From NCBI RefSeq assembly GCF_000219355.1, contig NC_015722.1, positions 900,001-932,000 on the forward strand: a DNA stretch of 32,000 nucleotides, given 5' to 3'. Position 1 is the stretch's first letter; every line of letters begins with the position of its first letter. The DNA comes from Candidatus Midichloria mitochondrii IricVA. GTDB lineage: Bacteria; Pseudomonadota; Alphaproteobacteria; Rickettsiales; Midichloriaceae. Made by a program: the position numbers and the translations under genes. Shown here piece by piece: positions 1 through 9,299 of this stretch. The notes beneath the pieces are model-generated. The model saw only the letters and a program-made list of their open reading frames with translations, searched no databases and was not told where the DNA came from.

Positions 1-171
1 TTTGTCTCGTTGAATTTCTAGGCATGGTGCAGCGACGCCAGGAGAATAAGCGAGAGCTAAACTCCGCTGATTTACCAAAGGCTTAATCATATCAAGGCCA
101 ATCTTTCCCTTTTTACCGGCGGAATGAAAATGTAAAGAATCCTTATAAATTTGATTGTTACTCACGCTCAT
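1..171 (-). CDS. maeB: NAD(P)-dependent malic enzyme, N-terminal 57 codons (partial, runs off window start)
   Basis: My own minus-strand translation from the ATG at 171 gives MSVSNNQIYKDSLHFHSAGKKGKIGLDMIKPLVNQRSLALAYSPGVAAPCLEIQRDK. The LALAYSPGVAAPCLEI block is the conserved malic-enzyme N-terminus as in E. coli MaeB. This ORF is not in the supplied track. Confidence 0.85.
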   Translation of the reverse strand, partial: MSVSNNQIYKDSLHFHSAGKKGKIGLDMIKPLVNQRSLALAYSPGVAAPCLEIQRDK

Positions 172-355
172 TGAATTTTTCCTCACTTAAATCACGATAA
201 TAATTTAATTCTATCAATAAAAAACATCCAGACAAATACTGACTATATAAGTTTTTTTATGCTGCATCGCAGCAGCTTTTCAAAATATTTTGAGTATCAA
301 AAACTGATTGAGAATTAAAGTTTAATTATATTATAAGATACTAAAAACTATTTTT

Positions 356-1759
356 ATGAACATCTCTATACACCAACATTATAAATTTGCTAGTGAAATT
401 ATTAGGGCATACGATATTAGAGGAATATTTGGAGAAAATTTAAAAGAAGAAGATGCCTTTTTTCTAGCACTAAAGTTGTTACAAGCAAGAAATAATCTAA
501 AGTTAAAGGGAAAGGTGTGTATTGGATATGATGGAAGAATCAGTTCACCAATTCTCTATAGCGCTCTTTTAAAAGGCATGATGACAGAAGACGTAAAAAT
601 CATTGACTTGGGGTTAGTTCCGACACCTGTCTTATATTTTGCGGCTAATTACTTTATTGATATCGATATAGCCGTTATGATAACTGGCTCTCATAACCCA
701 GCTAATCATAACGGCTTTAAAATTATGTTAAATGGAAAGACTCTTTTTGGACAGAATCTCAAGGATTTAGCTGATCTAGAAATTGTTGACTCTCAGGGCG
801 GCCAAACTCAGACGGAGGTTATAAAATCTGATGTTGAGTCAACGTATCTCACCGTATTGCGAAACTTGATCTCTATTAATAATAATTTGAGGGCGGTGTG
901 GGATCCAGGCAATGGTGCAGCTTGCAATATCCTAAAAAAGTTGATTAAGCATTTGCCTGGCGAGCATTTAATAATAAATGAAGAAATAGATGGGAGTTTT
1001 CCAGCACATCATCCAGACCCGAGCAGGGCGGAAAATCTACAACAATTGATAAAAAGAGTAAAAGAAGAGGGTTATGACTTTGGTATAGCATTTGATGGTG
1101 ATGCAGATCGATTGGGGGTTGTGGATAGTAAGGGAAAAATATTATTTGGTTCTCACTTATTATATATTTTTGCTTGTGACTTACTAAAAAGGAATCCACA
1201 TGCAACAATTCTCACTGATGTAAAAATGAGTGCTTTAATAATGAATGCCCTCAAAAAATTAAACTGTAATTTAATACAGTATAAAACTGGGCATGCCTTA
1301 ATTAAGACCAAGATGAAGGAAGTGAACGCAATGCTTGCCGCAGAAATGAGTGGTCATATATTTTTTGCAGAGAATTATTATGGCTTTGATGATGCGATTT
1401 TTGGCGCCTGTAAATTTTTAGAGATCGCATGTCATGATCGTAGCCTTATAGAAAAGAGTTTGCAGGTAACTGAAAGTGTATTTGCTATCTCTGACCGCAA
1501 AATTAGTGCCAATTCATTACAGAAAGAAAAATTTATTAATGCAGTCAGGTCTTCTTTGCAGCAAAAAAATTACCAATTTAGCGAAATAGATGGAATTAGA
1601 GTCGACCTAGAAGACGGCTGGTGGCTTGTTAGAGCTTCAAATACGGAAGATGCAATATTATTTGCCGGTGAAGCACATAATATGCATGTAATTTCAGAAA
1701 TTAATAAAGTATTTGATCAGTTATTAAGTATAGGAAGCAACGCAGCAGGTATAACTTGA
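356..1759 (+). CDS. Phosphomannomutase/phosphoglucomutase (alpha-D-phosphohexomutase family)
   Basis: 467-aa ORF. It carries the active-site loop TGSHNPANHNGFK, the metal-binding FDGDADRLGVVD, and AEMSGHIFF. The N-terminal RAYDIRG is typical of AlgC/ManB-type enzymes. Confidence 0.9.
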   Translation: MNISIHQHYKFASEIIRAYDIRGIFGENLKEEDAFFLALKLLQARNNLKLKGKVCIGYDGRISSPILYSALLKGMMTEDVKIIDLGLVPTPVLYFAANYFIDIDIAVMITGSHNPANHNGFKIMLNGKTLFGQNLKDLADLEIVDSQGGQTQTEVIKSDVESTYLTVLRNLISINNNLRAVWDPGNGAACNILKKLIKHLPGEHLIINEEIDGSFPAHHPDPSRAENLQQLIKRVKEEGYDFGIAFDGDADRLGVVDSKGKILFGSHLLYIFACDLLKRNPHATILTDVKMSALIMNALKKLNCNLIQYKTGHALIKTKMKEVNAMLAAEMSGHIFFAENYYGFDDAIFGACKFLEIACHDRSLIEKSLQVTESVFAISDRKISANSLQKEKFINAVRSSLQQKNYQFSEIDGIRVDLEDGWWLVRASNTEDAILFAGEAHNMHVISEINKVFDQLLSIGSNAAGIT

Positions 1760-1859
1760 AAAGTCGTCGCGCCAAAGTTCAATACGCGCCTCGTGAAGAC
1801 TTTGCATGCTCCTAGCCATCTTTTAAGTTTCCCGTCGTCTATGGCAATTCTTCTAGAGG

Positions 1860-2072
1860 TTATATAAACCAAATATGTTCTAGAGTTATATATATATCTT
1901 CAAATTCCCCTGAATCATCATTTATCACATCTTGCTTCAGCGCGCTTGCGCCCTCAGGATCATAAAGATCGTTATCAGTTTTAGTAGGATCATCTTCCTC
2001 TTGTATAGGCAATAAAAGTCGAGGTATTGAGAGTAAAACATCATAGGATTTTTTTTCCACACCAAAACACAC
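1860..2072 (-). CDS. Acidic 70-codon open frame. It may be a frameshifted C-terminal extension of the 2041-2424 membrane ORF rather than an independent gene.
   Basis: The only start is GTG, inside the last 30 nt of the upstream ORF. The frame is offset by one base across a T8/A8 run at 2049-2056. The product is D/E-rich. A 70-codon open frame is unusual in AT-rich non-coding DNA. Confidence 0.25.
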   Translation of the reverse strand: MCFGVEKKSYDVLLSIPRLLLPIQEEDDPTKTDNDLYDPEGASALKQDVINDDSGEFEDIYITLEHIWFI

Positions 2073-2424
2073 CTTTAAAATAAGCGATAGTAAGGGCTAA
2101 GGCAAATCCAAGCAGAGGGGGACCGGCCATGAGAGTATTCCAAGAACCGCTTACTAAAACAGTTCCTATTGTTGCTGCAGCTATACTAAGATTTACTGGG
2201 CCAAACATTTTTTCTGCTGGTAATTGGCAGCCTTGATCTTTTAATCCCAATTTTTCTGCGCAAAAACCAATTAGCGCTCCGGTAAAAAATCCTCCGCTAG
2301 CCTCGAGCATCATAGGGCCCACAGCCCCTGAATTAATACCCCGCTGACCTTCTGTAAGAATAGCTTTTATTACGCCTGCGCATAAACCTGCTATTGCTGC
2401 TGTTGTGATTATTTTACTTGACAT
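2041..2424 (-). CDS. Hypothetical small glycine/alanine-rich integral membrane protein (about 4 hydrophobic segments)
   Basis: 127-aa ORF whose start overlaps the gltX stop by 16 nt, suggesting co-transcription. It has hydrophobic G/A-rich segments and I recognise no family. Confidence 0.5.
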   Translation of the reverse strand: MSSKIITTAAIAGLCAGVIKAILTEGQRGINSGAVGPMMLEASGGFFTGALIGFCAEKLGLKDQGCQLPAEKMFGPVNLSIAAATIGTVLVSGSWNTLMAGPPLLGFALALTIAYFKGVFWCGKKIL

Positions 2425-3788
2425 AAGGCCTCTGCGCTTTGAGTTGAAGATTGAGTGCTTCTACCATTAAGCCTAGCAAAAGTTTTTTCATATCCCAGAA
2501 GGATCAATAACGTTTTGAGCTCTGGTCCAGAGTCAAGCCCGGTTAAAGCTTTTCTAATTGGCATAAATAATTCTTTACCAGATTTTTTGGTTATTTTTTT
2601 GACTTCCTCAATCCAGGTTGACCAAGTGTTAATGTCCCATGGCTCTTTTGGAAGTACTGTTGCAGCTTGTTTTGTAAGTTCGTAATTTATGGCCGTTGGC
2701 TCTGAAACAGTGTTACAGATCCGCCACCATAAGTTTATTTCCTGGAGAGTTTTTACATTATATTTTGCAACCTCCCAAAATTCCGCCCCTACATCTTCTA
2801 AACTCTCACTTTTAAAGCGGTTCTTGGCAATTTCATATGGCATAGCATGTATTAATTTGGCATTTAACCTTTCTAATTCTGCCTGCTCATAATTAGAAGG
2901 AGACTTTCCAAGCTTGCTCAAAGTGAAGCTCTTTATTAAATCTTGCATATTTTGATAAGGATAAATTGCATCAGAAGTGCCGATTTTTGCTAGAAAGCTA
3001 TTGATAGCCATAGGTTCGATTCCTGCTTGGTGTAAAGAATAGATGTCAAATCCTCCCAAACGCTTTGATATCTCTTGATCCTTAGAAGTGAGCAGTGAGA
3101 GGTGTGCTAAATCAGGAGATTTTGCATTTAATGCTTCGAAAATTTGTATGTGCACCGCACTATTTGAAAGGTGATCTTCACCTCTGATTATGTTTGTAAT
3201 CCCGAATTCAATATCATCAACAACTGAAGCTAAAGTATATGTCATAGAGCCATCAGCTCTTATTAAAACAGGATCACTTAAATTGCTCGGTGCAAAATTC
3301 ATTAATCCTCTAATTCCGTCATTCCATGATATAGCTGAGTCACTAATTAGGAAACGCCAATGAGGCATTACTCCCTGTTTTTCATATTGTTCTTTTTGGG
3401 TGGCGGTTAGTCTTAAAGAGGCTCTATCATATATTGGCGGAAGATTTCGACTAAGTAAATTCTTCTTTTTAAGGGCAAGCTCCTCTTGGGTTTCGTAACA
3501 AGGATATAATCGACCGCTCCCAATAAGCTTTTCCTTAGCTTCTTCATACTTTTCAAGCCTTTTTGACTGAAAAAACAACTCATCCCACTCAAGTCCCAAC
3601 CACTCTAAGTCTCTTTTTATAGCATCAACGTATCTTGCTTCAGATCTCTCTGCATCTGTGTCATCTACGCGTAAGATAAATTTACCGCCAGCAGAACGAG
3701 CAAAAAGCCAGCTAATCAGGGCGGTCCTAACATTGCCTACATGCAAGAAACCTGTAGGACTCGGTGCAAACCTTGTAACTACCTTCAT
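2409..3788 (-). CDS. gltX: Glutamyl-tRNA synthetase
   Basis: 459 aa. The N-terminal RFAPSPTGFLHVGNVRTAL contains the HIGH-type motif, and EISKRLGG is the KMSKS-type motif. The overall class I GluRS layout is present. Confidence 0.95.
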   Translation of the reverse strand: MKVVTRFAPSPTGFLHVGNVRTALISWLFARSAGGKFILRVDDTDAERSEARYVDAIKRDLEWLGLEWDELFFQSKRLEKYEEAKEKLIGSGRLYPCYETQEELALKKKNLLSRNLPPIYDRASLRLTATQKEQYEKQGVMPHWRFLISDSAISWNDGIRGLMNFAPSNLSDPVLIRADGSMTYTLASVVDDIEFGITNIIRGEDHLSNSAVHIQIFEALNAKSPDLAHLSLLTSKDQEISKRLGGFDIYSLHQAGIEPMAINSFLAKIGTSDAIYPYQNMQDLIKSFTLSKLGKSPSNYEQAELERLNAKLIHAMPYEIAKNRFKSESLEDVGAEFWEVAKYNVKTLQEINLWWRICNTVSEPTAINYELTKQAATVLPKEPWDINTWSTWIEEVKKITKKSGKELFMPIRKALTGLDSGPELKTLLILLGYEKTFARLNGRSTQSSTQSAEALCQVK

Positions 3789-3860
3789 TTATAAAAAATC
3801 TTAACCCAAATTCGCCCTTCAGCCTAAACCTTTTTCGAAATTTCGCAATCATTTTTATTA

Positions 3861-3889
3861 TTGAAATACTATGCACTAAAATATAATAT
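3861..3889 (+). promoter_or_regulatory. Candidate sigma70-type promoter for dapE (TTGAAA-N17-TAATAT)
   Basis: TTGAAA lies at 3861-3866 and TAATAT at 3884-3889, about 25 nt upstream of the dapE ATG. Such matches are common by chance in AT-rich DNA. Confidence 0.3.
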
Positions 3890-3913
3890 CCAAAAAAATC
3901 AATTTTACGCCTT

Positions 3914-5059
3914 ATGAGACAAATAGGTCTATTGCAACAGCTTATTCGCTTTAAAAGTGTTGCTCCTACAGATAATGGTTGCTTAAAATTTTTGGATCAA
4001 TTGTTGCAAAATATCGGATTTGAGTGCCATCTTATTGAATTTCAAGAAGAGGGATTAGAACCTGTTCAAAATCTTTATGCGAGGCTAGGTAAAAAAGGCA
4101 AAAATTTTTGTTTTGCAGGGCATGTTGACGTGGTGCCGCCTGGAAAGGAAGCAGAGTGGTATGTTCCACCTTTTAGTGGTGATGAAGTAGATGGACATAT
4201 TTACGGTAGAGGAGCAGTTGATATGAAGGGAGCGCTTGCAGCCTTTATTGAAACAATAAGGAGGGGAGTAGATAAGAATATTGTTAATCAAGAGAATAGT
4301 ATCAGCCTTTTACTGACTGCTGACGAGGAGGGAATAGCAATCAATGGTACCAAAAAAATGGTGCCTTGGCTTGAAGCAAGAAACGAAAAAATCGATCTCT
4401 GTATTATAGGTGAACCTACAAGCACAAAATCTATTGGAGATACAATTAAGATTGGGGCACGAGGTAGTATTACTCTTAGCATTGAAGTGGTAGGTAAACA
4501 AGGACATGTAGCTTATCACCAACTTGCTGAGAATCCTATTCCTATTCTTGCAAATATCATTAAGGAACTTAAATCAATCAGCCTAGATAATGGAAATTTG
4601 CATTTCCAGCCTTCTAATTTAGAGTTTACTGATTTAAGTGTGGAAAATGAAGCAGAGAACGTTATACCGTCGGCTGCAAAGGCTAGATGTAATATTAGGT
4701 TTGGCAATATGCACACCTCAAAAAGTCTTGCTGCCTGGGTTGAGAAGATATGTGAGAAGTACACGAATAACTTTCATTTAAAATGGCACAGCAGCGGTGA
4801 AGCTTTTGTAACCAACTACGAAAGACTTGCGCCAATAGTTGCGGAAGCAATTAAAGAAGTTGCTAATATTGACTCACAAATCAATACCTTAGGTGGTACC
4901 TCTGATGCACGGTTTTTAACTAGATATTGTCCAACAGTTGAAATTGGTTTACTTAACAAAACCGCCCATCAGATCAACGAGCATGTTTCTTCAGAGGACT
5001 TAGAGCTGCTTACAGGTATCTACATGAAAATCCTACAAAAATGTGAAATTTTTAAATAA
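3914..5059 (+). CDS. dapE: Succinyl-diaminopimelate desuccinylase (M20 peptidase family)
   Basis: 381 aa. Motifs GHVDVVPPG, YGRGAVDMKG and EEG are present, and length and architecture match DapE. Confidence 0.9.
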   Translation: MRQIGLLQQLIRFKSVAPTDNGCLKFLDQLLQNIGFECHLIEFQEEGLEPVQNLYARLGKKGKNFCFAGHVDVVPPGKEAEWYVPPFSGDEVDGHIYGRGAVDMKGALAAFIETIRRGVDKNIVNQENSISLLLTADEEGIAINGTKKMVPWLEARNEKIDLCIIGEPTSTKSIGDTIKIGARGSITLSIEVVGKQGHVAYHQLAENPIPILANIIKELKSISLDNGNLHFQPSNLEFTDLSVENEAENVIPSAAKARCNIRFGNMHTSKSLAAWVEKICEKYTNNFHLKWHSSGEAFVTNYERLAPIVAEAIKEVANIDSQINTLGGTSDARFLTRYCPTVEIGLLNKTAHQINEHVSSEDLELLTGIYMKILQKCEIFK

Positions 5060-5065
5060 ATCGTA

Positions 5066-6628
5066 AAAAACCCTTTCCTTTATTGGAGTCGAGCCAATAG
5101 AAGTCGAGGTCCAAGTCCAGGTATGCAGCGGCATAGGCAGCATTTAATGCCTAATAAAGCAATTAATGAGTCAAAAAAACGGATTGGGGCAGCTTCTGCG
5201 AGTATTGGACTTAGTATTCCTATGAAAAGAAAGTTACGGTCAATTTATCTCCAGCGGATTTATTAAAAGAGGGCAGCCGCTTCGATTTGGCTATTGCAAT
5301 TGGCCTACTAATTGAAATGAATAGTGTACCTCAAGAAGAAATTGATAATTTTATTGTTGTGGGAAAATTATCATTGGATGGCAGAATGGCAAGAGTACCA
5401 GGAGTTTTACCTGCAGCTATTAAAGCTAATGCTAAAAACTTAGGTTTAATTTGTCCTCAGGCTAATGAGAGAGAAGCGAGCTGGTCTGGAAATTAAACAG
5501 TACTTGTAGCGCATAATATGATTGAAATTATAAACCATTTTAGTGGAAGGCAAGTATTGCAATATTTAAAACCCCCTAAGGTAGCGCCTGAATCAAATAT
5601 CAATAAGATTGATATGGGGTAGGGATATTAAAGAGGGGGGGACACACGGGCTATTGCTAAAAGAGCTATGGAAATAGCAGCAGCTGGTTGGGGGGAGGGG
5701 GAAGAACACCACATGTTAATGGATTGGGCCACCAGGTGGTTCTGGCAAGTCTATGCTTGCTAAGAGATTGACCAGTATTATGCCGAGCCTAACTCTAATA
5801 TGGAAGGGCTTGAAATAATTATTATATCTAGCTTAGCGGGCGAGCTCCCTGAAGAGTCTGGATTAGTAGACAGAAGACCTTTTTTTTTAGAAAAGCCACA
5901 TAGTTCTGCTTCTATGGCAGCGATGGGTGTCCGGGGTGGTGGAGAAAATGCTAAGCCAGGAGAAGTTACTTTAGCGCACCGCGGGGTGCTTTTTATGGAT
6001 GAATTACCAGAATTTTCGAGAAATGTTTTAGAATCATTGAGACAGCCAATTGAATCTAAAAATATTACTATTGCAAGAGTCAATAACCATGCAACATATC
6101 CTGCTAATTTTCAATTAATTGCGGCCATGAATTCTTGTAAATATGGATTTTTTGGTAGTGTCAGTAGTTCTTGCACTAAAATGCCCAGATGTGCTGAAGA
6201 ATACCAAAACAGAATTTCTGGCCCTCTTTTTGATAGGTTTGATCTGCAAATTGAAGTACCAAAAGTGAATCTAACTTAAGCTTAAAAATGAAGATGAAGG
6301 TGAAAGCTCGGCAGAAAATTGCAAGACGAGTTGGGTATGCGGCGGGTATGCGGCCACTGTTCAGCAAGATAGGTAACAAAGAAACCGAAGTATCAAGTAA
6401 TGCTGAACCAGGTGGGGAGCTGCTTTACAAATTTACCAGCCTTGATAATGAGTGCAAAAAAATTATGGAAGAAGCTGCTGGCAAATTATCACCTTCTATG
6501 CGCTCCTTCAATAGAGTAACTTAAAGTCGCAAGAACTATTGCTTGATCTTGCTCAGGAAAAAGAAATTAATAAAATACATATAGCAGCCGAAGCGCTAAG
6601 TTATAGGATTGCAAGGATTAGGATATAG
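5066..6628 (+). pseudogene. comM: comM / yifB (Mg-chelatase-like, Lon-domain plus AAA+ competence protein), multiply frameshifted and lacking a start codon
   Basis: Hand translation across three frames recovers ordered ComM blocks. These are GVEPIEVEV, LPNKAINESKKRIG, VTVNLSPADLLKEGSRFDLAIAIGLL, AKRAMEIAAAG, GPPGGSGKSMLAKRL, HRGVLFMDELPEF, LESLRQPIE, ITIAR, YPANFQLIAAMN and a C-terminal KVARTIA...HIAAEALSYR. The track shows only fragments (5287-5496, 5800-6279, 6288-6524). Confidence 0.85.
5635..5701 (+). repeat. G-rich tracts (G7 at 5635-5641; GGGGGGAGGGGG at 5690-5701) inside the comM pseudogene
   Basis: Counted directly. The tracts sit where the conserved ComM motifs (GQ...AKRA and AAAGGHN) are expected and disrupt or expand them. 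Confidence 0.8.
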
Positions 6629-6658
6629 AGAGGTTATCATTGCTTTGTGTAGCTTTTG

Positions 6659-6934
6659 CTATACGTTCGCCGAAGTTCTTTGCCAACCGCTACGTTTCTT
6701 TATTTTTAGTATTTTCCTTATACCATTCTTCAATTTGGTCAGTGCTATTAGCATATCCAACTTTATTTTTTCTTTCATCTCTAAAGCAGCTATAGTTTTA
6801 TGGGTTTCAGCTGCGTCTATTCCCCGATATTTTTGCCAATAATGCATACTAAATAATCCTATACTGCTGCCAATAATGCCGCACATTAAGCTAATTGTTG
6901 CAAAATCTCCTACTATATACCCACCCCCCCCCTC
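6659..6934 (-). mobile_element. Possible IS3-family OrfA-like remnant (HTH plus leucine-zipper region)
   Basis: The open frame reads ...DFATISLMCGIIGSSIGLFSMHYWQKYRGIDAAETHKTIAALEMKEKIKLD... This resembles the IS3 OrfA pattern C-x3-G-I/S-S-x3-F-Y-x-W-x-K-Y-G-G-x-D/E...LE-x-E-N. No OrfB follows. The identification is by eye only. Confidence 0.3.
6924..6932. repeat. C9 (G9 on the minus strand) homopolymer between the IS982 copy A end and the IS3-like remnant
   Basis: Counted directly: nine consecutive C at 6924-6932 in an AT-rich background. Confidence 0.9.
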
Positions 6935-6957
6935 TTAACGCACGTGAAGAGAATCGC

Positions 6958-7706
6958 TAATATAACCTCAGTTTGACGTAAGGAGTAGGCCCGTGAGCCT
7001 ATTTTTCCATGGGATATATTGGGTTTGAAGACATAAGCCAAGAGCCCTGCCAAGAAATTGTTTGGCGAGTGATGCCCGTGGTTCTGGATTTGGCAAATCT
7101 CTTTCAATTGTCCGATGGCTGTTTCAATCAATCCACGCCCTTGCAAGAAGTAGTTGTTTAAAAGCCGCAAGCGCGGGTTTTGTTTTTCATGTTTTTCTTA
7201 AGCCGTGTGATGAGCTCAATACCTTGATTGCTCAGTGTTTTTGCTTATATACCACCGATCTCCGAATAGAAGGCCTGTCAAATATTGAGTCGGTTTCTCG
7301 ACAGCGGCTCGATCATCTGTATTCTGAGGTCAGTGTGAATGACATAATCTCTCCTTGATCATTGAGAACCACTTAAAGCCAAAGAACCATCCGGGTTGAC
7401 GTTTTCCCACGCTGAGCGATGACTTTAAAGACCTTATTACGGCTAATACGTAAGTTATGACAAACCTTCCAGCTTTTGTTGAGTCAACGTACCTGTTTGT
7501 TTCCCTTTGCAGCAATTCAGCAAGTTTCTTAAGGATCTTTGGTACGTGAGTTGTTGCTTGCAAAAATCATCAATCAAACAAAATATTTCTACTAGGGGAA
7601 CCACTTTTCTTATTTATCGTGAAATTGAGAAGAACTTAATGGTTACACAGCTTCTCTGAAGCCATATCAGATAATTTCTTTACTTACCTCAAACTGGGTC
7701 TATTTA
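6958..7706 (-). mobile_element. IS982-family insertion sequence, copy A, with an internal deletion and a frameshifted transposase
   Basis: The terminal inverted repeats are TAATATAACCTCAGTTTGACGTAAGG (6958 inward) and TAAATAGACCCAGTTTGAGGTAAGT (7706 inward). Transposase blocks match the IS982 family: EIFCLIDDFCK, TG..YVDSTK, GKRQPGWFFGFK, DDR, GDRWYISK, RGLIETAIGQLKEICQIQNHGHHSPNNFLAGLLAY. The copy lacks about 206 nt that are present in copy B. Confidence 0.8.
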
Positions 7707-7804
7707 CAGAACAAGCAGATGATACCGCATTATTCAGTTTATGCGATCCAATAAATACTGCCTCAATTGAGCTGTAATGGCATATTTGAGGTGCTGCATT
7801 GGAG

Positions 7805-8332
7805 TTATAATTTGCTATCTATAAAGTTAAAGAAGTTGTGAGCAAAGTCCTTAATTAAACGTAATTGTTGTTCTGAGTAAGCTGTGCCATTTGTATATAG
7901 GCACATATTTTTAGGATATACAAAGGCTCCAAGCTGTGCCATGACATCTCTTAAATGCATTAGACCCCTTATTCCTCCAAATGGGCTGGTGCTAACACTT
8001 ATTAGGCCTACTTTTTTGTTCGAAAAGGGATTAGGCTCTCTGGAAAGCCAATCAATAAAATTTTTGAGCACCCCACTCACAGAGGCGTTATATTCTGGAG
8101 AAGCAATTAGAACCCCTTCACTGTTTTTCAATAAGTTTTTATATTCAATCAAATCTTTACTTAAATTTTCAGGTAAAGGAACATCTTGATTGAAGAGCGG
8201 CCACTCCAGTTTAGCTTGGGGCGTGATCCATACCCTTGCTTCTGTACTAAATTGCGCACAAACTGATCTAAGTAATTCTAAATTAAGCGAGTTTTGTCTT
8301 AAACTACCTGGTATAGCAATAATATTTTTCAT
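7805..8332 (-). CDS. NAD(P)H-dependent FMN reductase family protein (YieF/ChrR/Azr-like)
   Basis: 175 aa. The N-terminal IIAIPGSLRQNSLN and the block IASPEYNASVSGVLKNFIDWLSR are characteristic of the FMN_red family. Confidence 0.8.
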   Translation of the reverse strand: MKNIIAIPGSLRQNSLNLELLRSVCAQFSTEARVWITPQAKLEWPLFNQDVPLPENLSKDLIEYKNLLKNSEGVLIASPEYNASVSGVLKNFIDWLSREPNPFSNKKVGLISVSTSPFGGIRGLMHLRDVMAQLGAFVYPKNMCLYTNGTAYSEQQLRLIKDFAHNFFNFIDSKL

Positions 8333-8337
8333 GATGA

Positions 8338-8862
8338 TTAATTTAAGAGTATCATTGTAGCGATATCCAAGCTTAACAGTAAGAGAAATCTGGCAATTAT
8401 GATTGTATAATCCGTATCCTTATGAAGAATATAGAGTATATCAGTATTCTTAAAAAGCAATTTTTCAAGCAAGAAAGTTATCCCGGTTATGATAAAAAAT
8501 AAAATTATTGAAATTGGTAGCCAAGTTAGAAAAATTAATATACCGCTATCCTCACTAATATCGACCAAACCAGCTAAAGCTGCAAATATCAAACTAAAAT
8601 GAAGTTTTAAGATACTGGCGGTTCCTATTAATCTTAAATTATGTTCTAGCACTAGTTTTTTTAAATTAGTTAAATTTAAAATCATCACTGCTCTGAAAAC
8701 GAGCTCCAAGGAAAACTCTACCGAGATACAAAGCAAGAAAATGCTTACTAAACTTAGTTCATAAAAATAGTAGAGAATGCCGCTAACAGCAATTCCAGAA
8801 GCAATAAAACTGATAGAATCGTACAGCTGACTTGCCTTATTTTCTTGAGAGTTTTTGCGCAA
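8338..8862 (-). CDS. Hypothetical polytopic membrane protein; possibly the C-terminal part of a gene split from 8837-9217
   Basis: 174 codons, very hydrophobic (I/L/F-rich). The only start is a TTG inside the last 26 nt of the upstream ORF, and the first ATG is about 58 codons in. The stop lies 5 nt from the FMN reductase start. Confidence 0.4.
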   Translation of the reverse strand: MRKNSQENKASQLYDSISFIASGIAVSGILYYFYELSLVSIFLLCISVEFSLELVFRAVMILNLTNLKKLVLEHNLRLIGTASILKLHFSLIFAALAGLVDISEDSGILIFLTWLPISIILFFIITGITFLLEKLLFKNTDILYILHKDTDYTIIIARFLLLLSLDIATMILLN

Positions 8863-9217
8863 ATATAAAATCAGGTACTGCGTTAATTAACGCTATTGGT
8901 TTCCTAGATAGCATTACGGTAATAACAAGTAAGGTATATGAGACAATACTAAGTAAGCAGTTAAGAAAAGATTCATGCATTGCATGATGGAGTATATTTG
9001 CTGATATGAGTACTATAAAAAAAATGTAACTACAGATCAGAATTATATTAAAGGCATGAGAAGCATCCCTAACTAAGTGGTCAAACTTAAAATTTGCGAA
9101 GTAACCAGCAAAGCGGATACAAATTACTGTTGCAAACATTATATAAATCAAATCAATAAAGAAGACCAAAAAGTCAAATTCATTCATTTGTATTTTTTCA
9201 ATCAAATTCTCCATCAT
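8837..9217 (-). CDS. Hypothetical polytopic membrane protein downstream of motB
   Basis: 126 aa with 3-4 hydrophobic segments. It is on the same strand as motB, 82 nt downstream of the motB stop. I recognise no family. Confidence 0.4.
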   Translation of the reverse strand: MMENLIEKIQMNEFDFLVFFIDLIYIMFATVICIRFAGYFANFKFDHLVRDASHAFNIILICSYIFFIVLISANILHHAMHESFLNCLLSIVSYTLLVITVMLSRKPIALINAVPDFIFAQKLSRK

Positions 9218-9299
9218 ACATCTTCACGGTATTTTTTACACTATACGCAAAGTAAAGAACAAAACAAATTCAGATTACTAAACTAAATTATTTTTTCAA

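Noticed and set aside
1760-1860. Locally GC-richer roughly 100-bp stretch after the PMM/PGM stop, with a minus-strand open frame (...IAIDDGKLKRWLGACKVFTRRVLNFGATT...)
   Set aside because: It has no start codon, no recognisable family, no convincing hairpin and no RNA motif. It could be a gene remnant, but I cannot support any call.
3013-3023. GGTTCGATTCC, a tRNA T-loop-like motif
   Set aside because: It lies inside the gltX coding region. The flanking 5-mers (ATAGG / CCTGC) do not form a T-stem, and no acceptor or anticodon arms can be built. It is a chance match.
6659-6934. Idea that this fragment is the missing terminase C-terminal (nuclease) half, which would prove an IS-mediated inversion
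   Set aside because: Inverting the segment between the two IS982 copies would place the terminase N-part, the IS and this fragment in a collinear arrangement. However, the residue pattern (C-x3-G-S-S-x3-F...YWQKYRGID...ALE) fits an IS3 OrfA HTH/zipper better than a terminase nuclease domain. I therefore do not claim it. A profile search would decide.
7062-7563. Track ORFs 7062-7358 (+) and 7330-7563 (-) as independent genes
   Set aside because: Both lie inside IS982 copy A. The minus ORF is a transposase fragment in a shifted frame, and the plus ORF is its antisense shadow.
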